Part shown: positions 24,175 through 35,248 of the stretch, piece after piece
Numbering within the stretch: position 1 is the first letter of the stretch
Layout: every line of letters begins with the position of its first letter
Assembly: GCA_963785725.1 (NCBI GenBank)
Contig: CAWAWS010000008.1
Coordinates: 56,264 to 120,263, forward strand
Reading direction: 5' to 3'
Source: an uncultured delta proteobacterium
GTDB lineage: Bacteria; Myxococcota_A; Polyangia; Palsa-1104
Length of the DNA: 64,000 bases
Translations under genes and position numbers: made by a program
Notes under the pieces: generated by a model
What the model was told of the DNA's origin: nothing
What the model saw: the letters and a program-made list of their open reading frames with translations, nothing else
The model's database searches: none

Positions 24175-24574
24175 GATCTTGGTCGTACGTCTGCACGTCG
24201 GGCGGCAGTCGCACCCACGCGTGGCGACGCGAGTCGTAGACGGAGTCTCGCGGCGCGGGAAAGCTGGGATCGGCGAAGGCGCCGACGGCGACCGAGACCG
24301 ACGCGCGGGCGTCGCCGTCTTCGGTGTGAAAGACGCTCGTGCCGCAGATCGGGCAGAAGCGAAAGCGGAACTGGGCGCCGTGGTCGCCGACGCGTACGTA
24401 CTCGGTGGCGCGGCCGCTGACTTCGTAAGGCGCGGCGAAGCTGGCGAGCGCGGCGAAGACGCTGCCCGTGCGCCGCTGACAGGCGAGGCAGTGGCAGACG
24501 CCGACGCCGAGCGGCTCGCCGTGAACGTCGATGCGCAGCTGGCCGCAGGAACAGGAGGCGGTTCGACTGACCAT
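24167..24574 (-). CDS. GFA family (glutathione-dependent formaldehyde-activating-like) protein
   Basis: ASCSCG, CHCLACQRRTGS, FCPICG zinc motifs. Confidence 0.92.
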   Translation of the reverse strand: MVSRTASCSCGQLRIDVHGEPLGVGVCHCLACQRRTGSVFAALASFAAPYEVSGRATEYVRVGDHGAQFRFRFCPICGTSVFHTEDGDARASVSVAVGAFADPSFPAPRDSVYDSRRHAWVRLPPDVQTYDQDPT

Positions 24575-24682
24575 GAGCACCTCGTGAATTCGCGGCGCGC
24601 GACGCTCGGCCACGCCCGCCGGGTTCGGGCAGCATAGCGCGTTCGCCGCGGAATAATCGCGCCGCCGCTCCGTTGATCGGCC

Positions 24683-25183
24683 ATGCCCTTCCGCGTCGTC
24701 GACGGCGATCTGTTGGAGCAGCCGGCCGACGCCATCGTCAACGCCTGGAATCGCAATGTCATCCCGTGGTGGCTGCTGATTCCGCAAGGCGTCGCGGGCG
24801 CGATCAAGCGGCGCGCCGGCCTGGCGCCGTTTCGCGAGCTCGCGCGTCACGGCCCGATCGCGCTCGGTGAGGCGGTCGTCACCGGCGCTGGGCGGCTCGC
24901 CTGTCGCGCCATCATCCACGTCGCCGGCATCGACCTCTTGTGGCGCGCGTCCGAGCGCTCCATTCGCGGCTCGGTGCGCAGCGCCGTCGCGCTCGCCGTC
25001 GCGCATGGTCACGCGCGCCTGGCCATGCCCGTCATCGGCGCCGGCTCGGGCGGCTTCGGCGAGGCGGCCGCGCTCGCCCTCATCCTCGACGAGCTGCGTC
25101 GGCTCGATGCCGCCACGGACGTGACGGTCGTTCGCTATCGTAGACCGGCGCGTGCAGATTCAGCGCGCTCGCTGATAAGCTGA
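24683..25183 (+). CDS. Macro domain protein
   Basis: GDL, DAIVNA, GVAGAI, IIH, PVIGAGSGG motifs. Confidence 0.9.
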   Translation: MPFRVVDGDLLEQPADAIVNAWNRNVIPWWLLIPQGVAGAIKRRAGLAPFRELARHGPIALGEAVVTGAGRLACRAIIHVAGIDLLWRASERSIRGSVRSAVALAVAHGHARLAMPVIGAGSGGFGEAAALALILDELRRLDAATDVTVVRYRRPARADSARSLIS

Positions 25184-25257
25184 ATAGTCAGCGATCTCGC
25201 TCGATTCCAGCATCGGCGAGCGGGCTCAGGTGCGGCGCTGATGCTAAAATCGAGGGT

Positions 25258-28200
25258 ATGGCGGACGCGCAGGCGGGCACGCTCGATTGGCTCCGCGGCG
25301 GCGGCGAGATGGCGGAGCTCATCCGCACCATCGACTGGTCGGCGACGCCGCTCGGCCCCATCGACAGCTGGCCGCAGAGCCTGCGCACCACCGTCAGCCT
25401 CTGCTTGTCGTCCAACTTCCCCATCAACGTCTTGTGGGGCCCGCAAGCGATTCAGATTTACAACGACGGCTATCGCATCGTCTGCGGCGACGCGCATCCG
25501 CGCACCATGGGCGAGTCTTACGCCGTGTCGTGGGCGTCGGCGTGGCCGGTCATCGGCGAGCCGTTCGAGCGCGCCCGACGCGGCCAGACGTCGTACCTCG
25601 AGAACCAGCGCATGTTCTTGAACCGCAACGGCTACCTCGAGGAGACCTTCTTTACCTTCTCGCTCAGCCCCATTCGCGACGAGGCGGGTGGCATCGCCGG
25701 CCTCTTTCACCCGGTGACCGAGACCACGCCGACGATGCTGTCGGAGCGGCGCACGCGCGTCTTGCGCGACGCCGCCAGCAAAGCCAGCCACGGCAAGACC
25801 GTGCGCGCGGCGGTCGACCTGGCGCTGCGCACGCTGGCCGAAGATCGCCTCGATCTGCCGTTCGTGCTCGTCTACCTCTACGAAGACGGCGCCCACGATG
25901 AACCGGCCGAGCCGCGGCTCGCCGGTCACATCGGGCTGCCCGACGCGGCGGCGGCGGCGCTGGAGGCGCGCGCACCGTCGCAGACGTGGCCGCTCGCCGC
26001 CGTCCTGGTCGCGCGGCGCGCGCAGCTCGTCGACGGCGTGGCGGCGCGCATCGGGGCCGTTCCCTGCGCGGAATATCCCGAGCCGACGGCGCGCGCGCTG
26101 GTCGTGCCCATCGCCGCCGCCGGCAGCGCCGGCGGTGACCGGCCGGCGGGCTTCGTCGTCGCCGGGCTGAGCACGCGGCTGCCTTACGACGAACGCTACG
26201 AGAGCTTCCTCGAGATGATGACGAGCGCGATCGGCGCGGCCATCACCAACGCGCGCGTCTCCGAAGACGAGCAGCAGCGCCTCGCGCAGCTGGCGGCCAT
26301 CGACAAGGCCAAGACGGCGTTCTTCAGCAACGTCAGCCACGAATTTCGCACGCCGCTGACGCTGATGTTGGGCCCGCTCGAAGACTCGCTGCGCGAGCTG
26401 ACCGACGCCGACGACGCCGCCAAACGCGCCCGTCAGCAGCTCATCTACAACAACGCCAAGCGGCTCTTGAAGCTCGTCAATTCGCTGCTCGAGTTCTCGC
26501 GGCTGGAAGCGGGGCGGGCGGCGGCGCAGTTTCGGCCGACGGCGCTGGCGCAGCGGACGAGCCAGCTGGCGGCGATGTTCGAGTCGACGCTGGAGCGCGC
26601 CGGGTTGAAGCTGGTCGTCGAGTGCGCGCCGCTGCCGGAGCCGGTGTGGGTCGATCGGCAGATGTGGGAGAAGATCGTCCTCAACCTGTTGTCGAACGCC
26701 TTCAAGTTCACGCACGCGGGTGAGATTCGGGTGTCGCTGAAGGCCGCGGGCGACGTCGTCGAGCTGCGCGTCAGCGACACCGGCGTCGGCATTCCCGCGC
26801 CCGAGCTGCCGCGCGTGTTCGAGCGCTTCCACCGCGTCGAAGGCACGCGCGGGCGCAGCTACGAAGGCAGCGGCATCGGCCTCGCGCTGATTCAGGAGCT
26901 GGTGCGACTGCACCGCGGCAGCGTCCGCGTCGAGAGCGAGGTCGGGCGCGGCTCCTCGTTCATCGTCACCATCCCGCGCGGCAAGGGCCACCTGCCGCAC
27001 GACGGCCTCAGCGACGACGACGCCGAGGACGCGGGCGAGACGTCCGACAACGCCTTCGTGCTCGAGGCGTCGAGCTGGCTGCCGCGCGGGTTGCCGGCCG
27101 GTGCCGCGGTCGCGACGCCGAGCGGTCACGCCCCGGCCGCGACGATGGCTGCCGTCGGTCCGCGCCCGCGCATCGTCGTCGCCGACGACAACGACGACAT
27201 GCGCGGCTACATCCACAGCCTGCTCGCGCCCCGCTTCGACGTCACCGTCATGACCGACGGCCAAGCCGCGCTCGACGAGATCCGCCGCGCGCCGCCCGAC
27301 CTCATCCTCTCCGACGTCATGATGCCGCGCCTCGACGGCTTCGCGCTGATTCGCGCCGTGCGCGGCGATCGCGCGCTGAGCGCCATCCCCATCGTGCTCT
27401 TGTCGGCGCGCGCCGGCGACGAGTCGCGCGTCGACGGGATCGCCGCCGGCGCCGACGACTATCTGGTCAAGCCCTTCGCCAGCCAGGAGCTGTTGGCGAA
27501 GCTGCAGACGCTCCTGGTGCTCGGTCGGCTGCGCGAAAAGGTGCAAGAAGATCGGCTCTACTCGGTGTTCGCGCAGACGTCGGTCGGCATCTGCGTGCTG
27601 CAAGGGCCGGAGCACGTGTTCCGCCTCGCCAATCCGACCTACGTGAGGACGCTGTTCGTAGACCGCGACCTCGTCGGCAAGCCGGTGCGCGAGGCGGTGC
27701 CCGAGCTCGCCGGCCAGGGTTACTACGAGCTGCTCGACCGCGTGTACGCGACGGGCGAGCCGTTCGTCGGCAGCGAGTCGCCGCTGGCGCTGCGCCAGGC
27801 CGACGGCAGCATGCGCGAGCTCTTCGTCGACTTCGTCTATCAGCCCAAGCGCTCCTTGCGCGGCGAGGTCGACGGCATCCTCGTCGTCGTCAACGACGTC
27901 ACCGAGCGCGTGCGCGCGCGGCAGAACGCCGAGCAGCTGGCCGCCGAGCGCGAAGAGGCGCTGCGCGTGCGCGATGAGTTCTTGGCCGTCGCCTCGCACG
28001 AGCTGAAGACGCCGGTGACGTCGCTGAAGCTGCAGGTCGACATGGCCCGGCGCCGGCTCGGGCGCGATCGTCACGAGCCCTTGCCGCCGGCCAAGCTGGA
28101 CGCCATCTTCGAGGTGACCTCGAAGCAGGTCGAGCGTCTGCGCCGCCTGGTCGAGGATCTGCTCGACGTGTCGCGCATTCAGGCCAGCCGCCTCGAGCTC

Positions 28201-28681
28201 GATCGCGAGCCGACGAGCCTGCGCGCCGTCGTCGACGAGGTGCTGGCGCGGCAGGGCAGCGACCTCGCCGCCGCCGGCATCTCCGTCGCCGCCGACGTCT
28301 CCAACGACATCGTCGGCCTGTGGGATTGTTCGCGCCTCGAGCAGGTGGTCGGCAACCTCGTCGGCAACGCCATCAAGTACGCCGCCGGTCGACCGCTGCA
28401 CGGTGCGCGCCCACGTCGAGCGCGGCTGGCTCGAGCTGGTCGTGCAAGATTGGGGGCCCGGCATCGCCGCGCGGCGCCAGTCCGCCATCTTCGAGCGGTT
28501 CGAGCGCGCCGCGTCGTCGCGTAACCACAGCGGCTTGGGCCTCGGGCTTTTCATCGTGCGCCGCATCGTCGAAGGTCACGGCGGCACCGTCACCGTGCAC
28601 AGCGTCGAAGGCGAGGGCGCCACGTTCGTCGTTCGCCTACCGCTGGCGCCCATTTCGGCCGCGTTGGAGAGCGTCTCTTGA
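25258..28681 (+). CDS. Hybrid sensor kinase (PAS/GAF-HisKA-HATPase-REC-PAS-HisKA-HATPase), frameshift near 28400
   Basis: DWSATPLGP start, two H-boxes (SHEFRTPL, SHELKTP); last HATPase completed in ORF 28403-28681. Confidence 0.9.
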
Positions 28682-29043
28682 GCCAGATCGTCTTGATCGT
28701 CGAGGATGACGAGGGCATTCGCGTGTCGCTGGAGGAGCTGTTGGCGGGCGAGGGCTACGTCGTGCGCACGGCGCAGCACGGCGGTGAAGCGCTGGAGAGC
28801 CTGCGCCGCGACGGCGCGCCCGACGTCATCCTGCTCGACCTCATGATGCCGTACGTCGACGGGCTGACCTTTCGTGACCAGCAGCGCGCCGCGCAGCTGC
28901 ACGCCGACGTGCCGGTGCTGGTGATGTCGGCGCACGCGAACCTGGCGGCGCATCACGAGCGGCTGGCGGCGCAGCGGTACCTCGAGAAGCCGATCGAGAT
29001 CGACCAGCTGTTGACCGCGATCGAGCACACAATCCGCGGCTAA
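28678..29043 (+). CDS. Single-domain response regulator
   Basis: LIVEDD, LLDLMMP, LEKP motifs. Confidence 0.92.
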   Translation: MSQIVLIVEDDEGIRVSLEELLAGEGYVVRTAQHGGEALESLRRDGAPDVILLDLMMPYVDGLTFRDQQRAAQLHADVPVLVMSAHANLAAHHERLAAQRYLEKPIEIDQLLTAIEHTIRG

Positions 29044-29081
29044 CCGCTCGTACCGTGATGACGAGCGAAGGGAGCGCGTCC

Positions 29082-29693
29082 ATGAACGATTGTTTGCGGC
29101 CGGCGAGGTCGACCCGTGGCCTCTTGCTCGTGGCGACGCTGGTGACGGCCGGGTGCGCGACGGCGCAGCCGTCGGCGGCCGTCGCGACGACGATCGACGG
29201 CAGCGGCGACGGCGTCATCGACGGCGGCGTCTATCGCAACGCGCGGCTCAACCTGCGTGCCGACCTCCCGCGCGGCTTCGGCATCAGCCAGTCGAACCGC
29301 GGCGACATCTTTCGCATCGACCGCCGGTCGCCGTCGGTGGGCCGCGGGTTCTTCGGCTTCTGGCCCCATCCGCCGCAGTCGGACATGACCGATCATTTCA
29401 TCCAGCAGATCGATGGTGCGCTGCGCGAGCTGGGCAAATCCGTCGACCATCCGTGGCAGGAGGTGCCGTCGGTGTTCGGGCGCGGCTGGGCCTGCAGCTG
29501 GACGCAGCCGTCGCGGCAAATCAGCGTGCGCCTCGTCGTCCTGCCCGCGTGCGCCGGCCAGGCGAGCTTGGTGTTCATCGCGTGGTGGAGCGACGCGCCG
29601 ACACAGGCCGCGCTCGACGACTGGCTGGCGTCGTTCAAGCCGATCGAGGGCGATCACGACGCGTCCGAGTGCCGGACGCTGCCGCGTCAGTGA
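29082..29693 (+). CDS. Hypothetical lipoprotein
   Basis: GGAG RBS; lipobox TAGC. Confidence 0.65.
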   Translation: MNDCLRPARSTRGLLLVATLVTAGCATAQPSAAVATTIDGSGDGVIDGGVYRNARLNLRADLPRGFGISQSNRGDIFRIDRRSPSVGRGFFGFWPHPPQSDMTDHFIQQIDGALRELGKSVDHPWQEVPSVFGRGWACSWTQPSRQISVRLVVLPACAGQASLVFIAWWSDAPTQAALDDWLASFKPIEGDHDASECRTLPRQ

Positions 29694-29695
29694 CG

Positions 29696-31396
29696 TCAGG
29701 GCGTAAAGTCGTACTCGCTGCCGCTGCAGGGATACGCCATGCCGCCCGGTCCGTCGCTGTTGAAGCCGTTGACGCAGCTCGAGTTGTTGTCGTCGACGTA
29801 GACGTTGATGGCGCGCTGGCCCGAGCGAACGTAGCTGAGCGTGGCGCTGTTGTCGCCGGCGTGGCGCGCCATGAACGCGTCGCCGATGGACAAGAAGTAG
29901 ATGCCGTCGTTGTCGTAGGCGTCGAAGACCATGCCGCTCACCTCGCTCGGCTGATAGACGCGGTCGAGCGGGATGGCGAGCCGCTTCCACGCCGGGCTGC
30001 CGCCCATGTACGTGGCCGTCATCTGCGGGCCGTCGAGGGTCTCGCCGCTGGTCGTCTTCAGCCGCAACACGAAGCCGCCCGACACCGAGAGCGCGCACAC
30101 TTTGTCGCCGCTGCCGCCGACGTCGGAGGCGTAGACGTCGACGAACAGGTATTGCTCGATGGGCAGCGTCTTGACGCCGTCGACCTTGCCCTCGCGGTGC
30201 AACTCGGAGTCGGTGATGCCGTAGAGCCACGGCGCGTATTGGTCGACGAGCGCCTCGCGCCGGCCCGGCGACGTCGTAAAGCCGATGGCGTCGAGATCGA
30301 ACGGCAGCGGGCGCACGGTGATGACGAAGGCGCTGTCGAGGCTGGCGTCGTTGCCGGGGTTCTGCGTGTTCCAGCCGGTGATGGCGCCGTCGGCCTCCTC
30401 GTCGCTGCCGGTGCCGCAGGTCTGGCCGTAGCCGCCGCGGCTCTCGAACAGCCGATTGTGACCGTCGCCGTAATAGAGGACGGGATGGGCGGCGATGAAG
30501 CGGAGCGCGCTCGTTCCGGTCGCCTCGCCGGTGCAGCGCAGCCACTCGGGCGTCGTCGTGCTGTAGTCGAAGACGGTCTCGATGTCGCAGCCGCGGCCCC
30601 AGCGCGCGTATTCGGCTTGCACGCCGGCCGCGCCGCCGCCGCAGTCGACCGCGGTGCCGCCGTTCTCGTTGGTGTAGACGATGACGTACTGCTGCGTCGC
30701 TTTGGACCAGCCGAGCACCATCGGCAGATCGTCGAAGCTCTTTTTCGTCGGCCACAAGAACACCGGCGCGTGCGCCAGGCCTTCGCCGGCGGCGCCGAGC
30801 GCGGTGGCCGACGTCAGCGTGGGCGCGCAGACGTGCGCGGCCTTCGTCGCCGCCGCGGCCGATAGCGCCGAGACGCGCAGCGCCACCGTGTCGCCGGCGG
30901 CGAGCGCGCCCAGGTTCATGCCGTAGGTGAACGAGGTCGCCCCTTGATGCAGCACGAGGTTGCCGACGAAGGTGCCGCCGCGCAGCACGTCGAGCACGAG
31001 CGCTTCGTTGCCGACTTGCGCCCACGACGTCGCCGATGCTGACTGCGCAGCGACGGTAAAGGCGAACTCGTCGCTGCTGGCCGCGGTGGCGACGACGGTC
31101 GGCGCCGTGTCGGTCACGTCGAAGCAGCCGGCGCCGGCCGGCGCGGCGAGGTCACCGCCCGCCGCCAAATCGCCGCCGCCGGTCGGGTTCGCGAGGTCGG
31201 CACCGGCCGTCGGGTTCGCGAGGTCGGCACCATTGGCATTCGCGAGATCGGCTGCGACGGCGAGGTCGAATGCGGCGCCTTCGGCGCGGCCGCCGTCGGC
31301 GGCGTGACCGCCGGGCGCGCTCGACGCACACGCCGACGCCCACACAGTCGCGAACAGGAGGCCGTGACGACGAGCGGACGAGAGCGGCAGTCGCAT
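29696..31396 (-). CDS. Large hypothetical lipoprotein with ADLANPT repeats
   Basis: Signal/lipobox ASAC, repeated DLA linker, ~470-aa globular region rich in aromatic and acidic residues. Confidence 0.75.
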   Translation of the reverse strand: MRLPLSSARRHGLLFATVWASACASSAPGGHAADGGRAEGAAFDLAVAADLANANGADLANPTAGADLANPTGGGDLAAGGDLAAPAGAGCFDVTDTAPTVVATAASSDEFAFTVAAQSASATSWAQVGNEALVLDVLRGGTFVGNLVLHQGATSFTYGMNLGALAAGDTVALRVSALSAAAATKAAHVCAPTLTSATALGAAGEGLAHAPVFLWPTKKSFDDLPMVLGWSKATQQYVIVYTNENGGTAVDCGGGAAGVQAEYARWGRGCDIETVFDYSTTTPEWLRCTGEATGTSALRFIAAHPVLYYGDGHNRLFESRGGYGQTCGTGSDEEADGAITGWNTQNPGNDASLDSAFVITVRPLPFDLDAIGFTTSPGRREALVDQYAPWLYGITDSELHREGKVDGVKTLPIEQYLFVDVYASDVGGSGDKVCALSVSGGFVLRLKTTSGETLDGPQMTATYMGGSPAWKRLAIPLDRVYQPSEVSGMVFDAYDNDGIYFLSIGDAFMARHAGDNSATLSYVRSGQRAINVYVDDNNSSCVNGFNSDGPGGMAYPCSGSEYDFTP

Positions 31397-31580
31397 GGCC
31401 GGCGAGGCTAGAAGCGCGCGTCGCGACGGTCCAGCATTGCCGGCGGCGCGGCGCAGAATTTTCGCGCCGGTTGCATTCGTCGGCCGGGTCGTTGCCGACC
31501 GTTCACGGCGACTTCGCGCGCGACGTGGCGCCGGCATCGCGGGCGCGCCGGCGTTTCCGCGCGGGAATCGGTCGGCGCCG

Positions 31581-32126
31581 TCAACGCGCGTCGTGGTCGA
31601 GGCGGGCGGCGAAGCTGCGGGCGAGCGTGACGATGACCGCCGCCGGCATGACGAGCCAGACGGCGTTGGGTGCGATGACGATGCCGAGGAAGCCGGTGAC
31701 GTTGCCGGAGTCCAAGACGTGCTTGGTGAACCCGAGGCGACCGCAGATCTCGACGAGGAAATAGAGCACCGTCTTCCAGAACGTCGCCACGGTGACGATG
31801 AGCGCGCCGACCGCGCCGGCGCGGCTGCGACGATTGAAGAGCACCCACGCGATCACGACGACCTCGAGGAGGTTGCCCCAGCTTTGCGCGCTGCCGAAGG
31901 CGTCGAAGGCGGCGTAACGCGCGTCGTAGGTCGCGTAGAGGTGATGGCCGGGCCACAGAAAGCCGATGGGGCCGCCGACGTCGGACAGGGGCTTGGTGAG
32001 CACGAAGAGCGCGTCGTAGGTCTGAATCAGGCCGGAGATGAGCAGCCAGATGCAGATCCAGCGCGGCAAGAGCGGCTTGGTTGCGCCGGCCGACGGCGAC
32101 TGCGAGCTCGCGGAGGTGGAGGTCAT
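31581..32126 (-). CDS. EXPERA/emopamil-binding-protein-like membrane protein
   Basis: Four TM helices; YATYDARY, TFWKTVLYF, PNAVWLVMP motifs resemble the EBP/TM6SF family. Confidence 0.7.
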   Translation of the reverse strand: MTSTSASSQSPSAGATKPLLPRWICIWLLISGLIQTYDALFVLTKPLSDVGGPIGFLWPGHHLYATYDARYAAFDAFGSAQSWGNLLEVVVIAWVLFNRRSRAGAVGALIVTVATFWKTVLYFLVEICGRLGFTKHVLDSGNVTGFLGIVIAPNAVWLVMPAAVIVTLARSFAARLDHDAR

Positions 32127-32297
32127 GACCCCATCGTAAACGATCCGCGCGCGACAAGGCCGTCCCGATCGGCAGCGGCGAACGCGGGTGCATCGGCCGA
32201 CGGCGTCCAGCAAGGCCGCCCGCGACGCGCAAAAAAATGGCGCGCCGATCGGGTGTCGAGCGGCGCGCCGGTGAAGCTTCGCGATCGCGGGTCGCGC

Positions 32298-32468
32298 TTA
32301 CTGGAGCGTCGGATCGTGCGACGAGTGCGTGGTCACCGTCGACGGCGGGACGGTGCACTTGAGCTGGCTGGCGCCACCGACCTGACCCGTCTCTTGGGTC
32401 GACAACGTGCGCAACGTCTCTTTGGTGAGCTTGAGCTGCTTCTTCGGCTGGGCGTGCTGCTTCTTCAT
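32298..32468 (-). CDS. Putative RiPP (lanthipeptide-like) precursor peptide, 56 aa
   Basis: GAGGAG RBS; leader KKQLKLTKETLRTL, VGGA cleavage motif, Ser/Thr/Cys-rich core. Confidence 0.75.
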   Translation of the reverse strand: MKKQHAQPKKQLKLTKETLRTLSTQETGQVGGASQLKCTVPPSTVTTHSSHDPTLQ

Positions 32469-32512
32469 TGCGGGCTCCTCGCGCGAGCGTCTGCACTCGC
32501 GCTGTCCCGCAG

Positions 32513-32528
32513 TGCAACGCCTAGGCCG
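32513..32528 (-). promoter_or_regulatory. Possible sigma-54 promoter upstream of the precursor peptide
   Basis: Minus strand CGGCCTAGGCGTTGCA fits GG-N10-GC with TTGCA; -24 box imperfect. Confidence 0.3.
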
Positions 32529-32642
32529 CGCGCAACTCGGCGCCACGTGCGGATGACCGTCGCTGTTGTTGCCGTGGACGCAGCGATCTCGCTCACGCTG
32601 ATGGTCCCCGCGTCCACACGTGTGATCGCGATCGCGGCGTCG

Positions 32643-33764
32643 TCAGTCGGCGCGTCCGAGCGCGCGATCGCGCCAGTCGAGGAGCGGCCGCTCGACGATC
32701 GCATGCAGCCCGAGCGCGACCACGAGCGACGTCGCCAGGCAGCAGACGAACATGGCGCTGCCGTCGCGCGCGAGCCGGTGCGGCGCCAGCGTTTGCGTCA
32801 GGTGAATGCTGGCTTTGTGCGTCAGATAGAGCGCATACGACAGCGTCGCCAACGCGTCGGTCGGCCGCCATGCGCGCCGCGCGAGGAGCCCGTCGGGCGC
32901 GAGCGCGGCGAGCAGCAAGAGGCCGTAGGCGATGGCGATCCACGGGAACGCGACGATCGAGCCCACGAACGATTGCGCGTCACCGAAGAGCCGCGCGGTG
33001 CCGATCAAGAGCGCGACGGCGACGACGAGGAGGCGCGCGTCGTGACGCGTGAGCGCGGCGCGCAGCGTCGGGCGCAGCCGATCGGCGGCGGCGATGGCGA
33101 CGCCGACCAAGAGCCCGTCGAGGCGCGACCACGTCGGATAATAGATCCACTCGTACCAGACGAAGGCGGCGGCGTGCGACGGCGCGACGATCCGCGCGAA
33201 GCTCACGCCGCGCACGACGCAGCCGGCGATGAGCAGCGCCGGCAGCCACGCAAAACGCCCGCGCCCGGCGCGCAGCCGCGTCGACGCGAGGAGCGCGAGC
33301 GGCAGCACGAGGTAGAACTGCTCTTCGATGCAGAGCGACCAGGCGTGCGAGAACGTGCCCGACGTCCGCAGGTCGAGCCCGATATTCTGCGTGAAGGTGA
33401 CAAAGCGCCACAGAGGTGGCAGCGCTTCGCGCTCATGAATCGCCGGCCACAGCGCGTAGGCCCCGAGCACGACCAGATAGGCCGGCACGATGCGCACGAG
33501 CCGCTTGAAGTAGAAGCGCCGCAGCGAAAACGTGCCCGTCTTGGCGATCGACTGAAACAGCTGCCGCGCGATGAGAAAGCCGCTCAAGACGAAGAAGAGG
33601 TCGACGCCGGTCCAGCCGAAGCGGCCGACGCGGTCGATCCACGCCGGATGGGCGAACGCGCGGTAGTGAAAGAGGAAGACGAGCGCGATGGCGAGCGCGC
33701 GCAAATGGGTCAGGCCGACGAGCGTCTCGGAGGTCGGCCGCGCGCCAGCGCCGGAAGCGGACAT
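32643..33764 (-). CDS. Acyltransferase 3 (OafA/YrhL) family membrane protein
   Basis: LRALA, GVDLFFVLSGFLI, HAWSLCIEEQFY, SYALYLTH motifs. Confidence 0.93.
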   Translation of the reverse strand: MSASGAGARPTSETLVGLTHLRALAIALVFLFHYRAFAHPAWIDRVGRFGWTGVDLFFVLSGFLIARQLFQSIAKTGTFSLRRFYFKRLVRIVPAYLVVLGAYALWPAIHEREALPPLWRFVTFTQNIGLDLRTSGTFSHAWSLCIEEQFYLVLPLALLASTRLRAGRGRFAWLPALLIAGCVVRGVSFARIVAPSHAAAFVWYEWIYYPTWSRLDGLLVGVAIAAADRLRPTLRAALTRHDARLLVVAVALLIGTARLFGDAQSFVGSIVAFPWIAIAYGLLLLAALAPDGLLARRAWRPTDALATLSYALYLTHKASIHLTQTLAPHRLARDGSAMFVCCLATSLVVALGLHAIVERPLLDWRDRALGRAD

Positions 33765-34297
33765 GACGCCGCCACTGTACGTTCAGTCGGGCGGCTCGGG
33801 AATGGGCGCCTCGTCACGTCGCCGCACGACCATGGGCCGATCGACGCCGCCTGCCGGACCATCGACGGCGTGCGGACCGAGCTGCAGCCATTGCCGTGTG
33901 CGCGACAGCACAATCGTCGCGGCGCGAAGCGGCGTCAGTCGATCCCGCGCGCCTGACGCCGGGCCGTGCAGATCTCGCAGCGGCGCCACTGGGTGTGGTC
34001 GTCGAATTCCGACCGTGCGCCCGACCGATTGAGCCGTGAATGCGAGTGATGTTTATTGCTCATATTTGCATTCGCACATTGCACGCGTCATTCGACGTCA
34101 ATTGAACGATTGCAATCGCGACTGGGTTTGCGACGCTCGCAATCGACGCTGTAACGGCGACGGGAAACTCGGCGACCAACGGGAAACGATTGGCCGGCTA
34201 AGTGAACGGCGCGTTTCCTCGTGAGCGAATCGCGCGCGTCTGATGCGCGCAAACAGACGGGTCTCAGCCGACGCGTTCATTGATACCGATTGGGCGC

Positions 34298-35209
34298 ATG
34301 AACAAACGCGCGCTCTTCGCCATTCCGCCTCAGTCCATCTCCGGCGTCTTACTCGCCTGCGTCATCGCGGGCAGCGCCGCGCCGGCCGACGCGCAAGAGG
34401 CGGACGCCACGTTGCCGCCGGTCACGCCGGTGATGACGTATCTGTCGCAGCTGCCCGCCGAGAAATACGGCGAGCTGGCGCTCGGTAAGCTCTTCGCCGC
34501 CGGCACCGCGACCTACGTTCCCGTCGGCAACGGCACCGGCTTTCCCGTGCTCTTCCACAGCGTGCCCGAGCTCGACGCGCTGGCGAGCCAGCTGTGGGGC
34601 GGCAAGACCTTCCGCGTCACGCCCGGCCAGACGCAGCCGAACGGCGATCCCGTGGTCACGCTCGACAACAAGATCGTGAAGCTCCCCGACGGCAGCGGGC
34701 TCTTCAACCTCTTCGACGCCTACGTCACGCGCAACGTCGTCGGCGCCGAGAAAGTCGGCACCAACGGCAAGGGCGAGGTCGTGCCGACGCCGACGGGCGC
34801 GCTGGCGCCGGCGGCGGTGTCGTTCCTGAAGGAGCCGGTCATCATCGACAATCAGCCGTCGATTTGGCTCAACTACTTCGGCGACACGACGCTGCCGATC
34901 ATTCGCCGCATCCTCGACGAGATCCGCGAGATCGACGGCGTGCGCTGCCCGGGCCTGTTCCTCGGCCGCGCCCACGTTCGTCGCTGCACGAGCCTCAGCT
35001 GCGGCGAGGTGCCGTCTCCGATCGTCGACACCCTCGAGTCGTTGACCGTCGACACCCGCTATCAGTGGAACTTCTGGACCTACTTCATCCTCAATTTCGG
35101 CCAGCCGAGCGGCTCGAGCTGCGACATCAGCGCCGCGGTGCAGTCGGCCGTCACGCAGCTCGCGGCCGAAGGTTACGACGCCGCGCTGCCGGCGCCGCCG
35201 ACGAACTGA
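34298..35209 (+). CDS. Secreted hypothetical protein (WxGKxF...DEIRE...PGLFLG family)
   Basis: Signal peptide ending ADA; motifs shared with the 41703-42260 protein. Confidence 0.75.
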   Translation: MNKRALFAIPPQSISGVLLACVIAGSAAPADAQEADATLPPVTPVMTYLSQLPAEKYGELALGKLFAAGTATYVPVGNGTGFPVLFHSVPELDALASQLWGGKTFRVTPGQTQPNGDPVVTLDNKIVKLPDGSGLFNLFDAYVTRNVVGAEKVGTNGKGEVVPTPTGALAPAAVSFLKEPVIIDNQPSIWLNYFGDTTLPIIRRILDEIREIDGVRCPGLFLGRAHVRRCTSLSCGEVPSPIVDTLESLTVDTRYQWNFWTYFILNFGQPSGSSCDISAAVQSAVTQLAAEGYDAALPAPPTN

Positions 35210-35248
35210 ATCGCGCGCCCGCCCATTCGTATTGCAAAGGAGAGCTGA

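Noticed and set aside
24167..25183. Macro domain gene as part of a toxin-antitoxin or anti-phage system
   Set aside because: No ADP-ribosyltransferase, sirtuin or other defence gene adjacent
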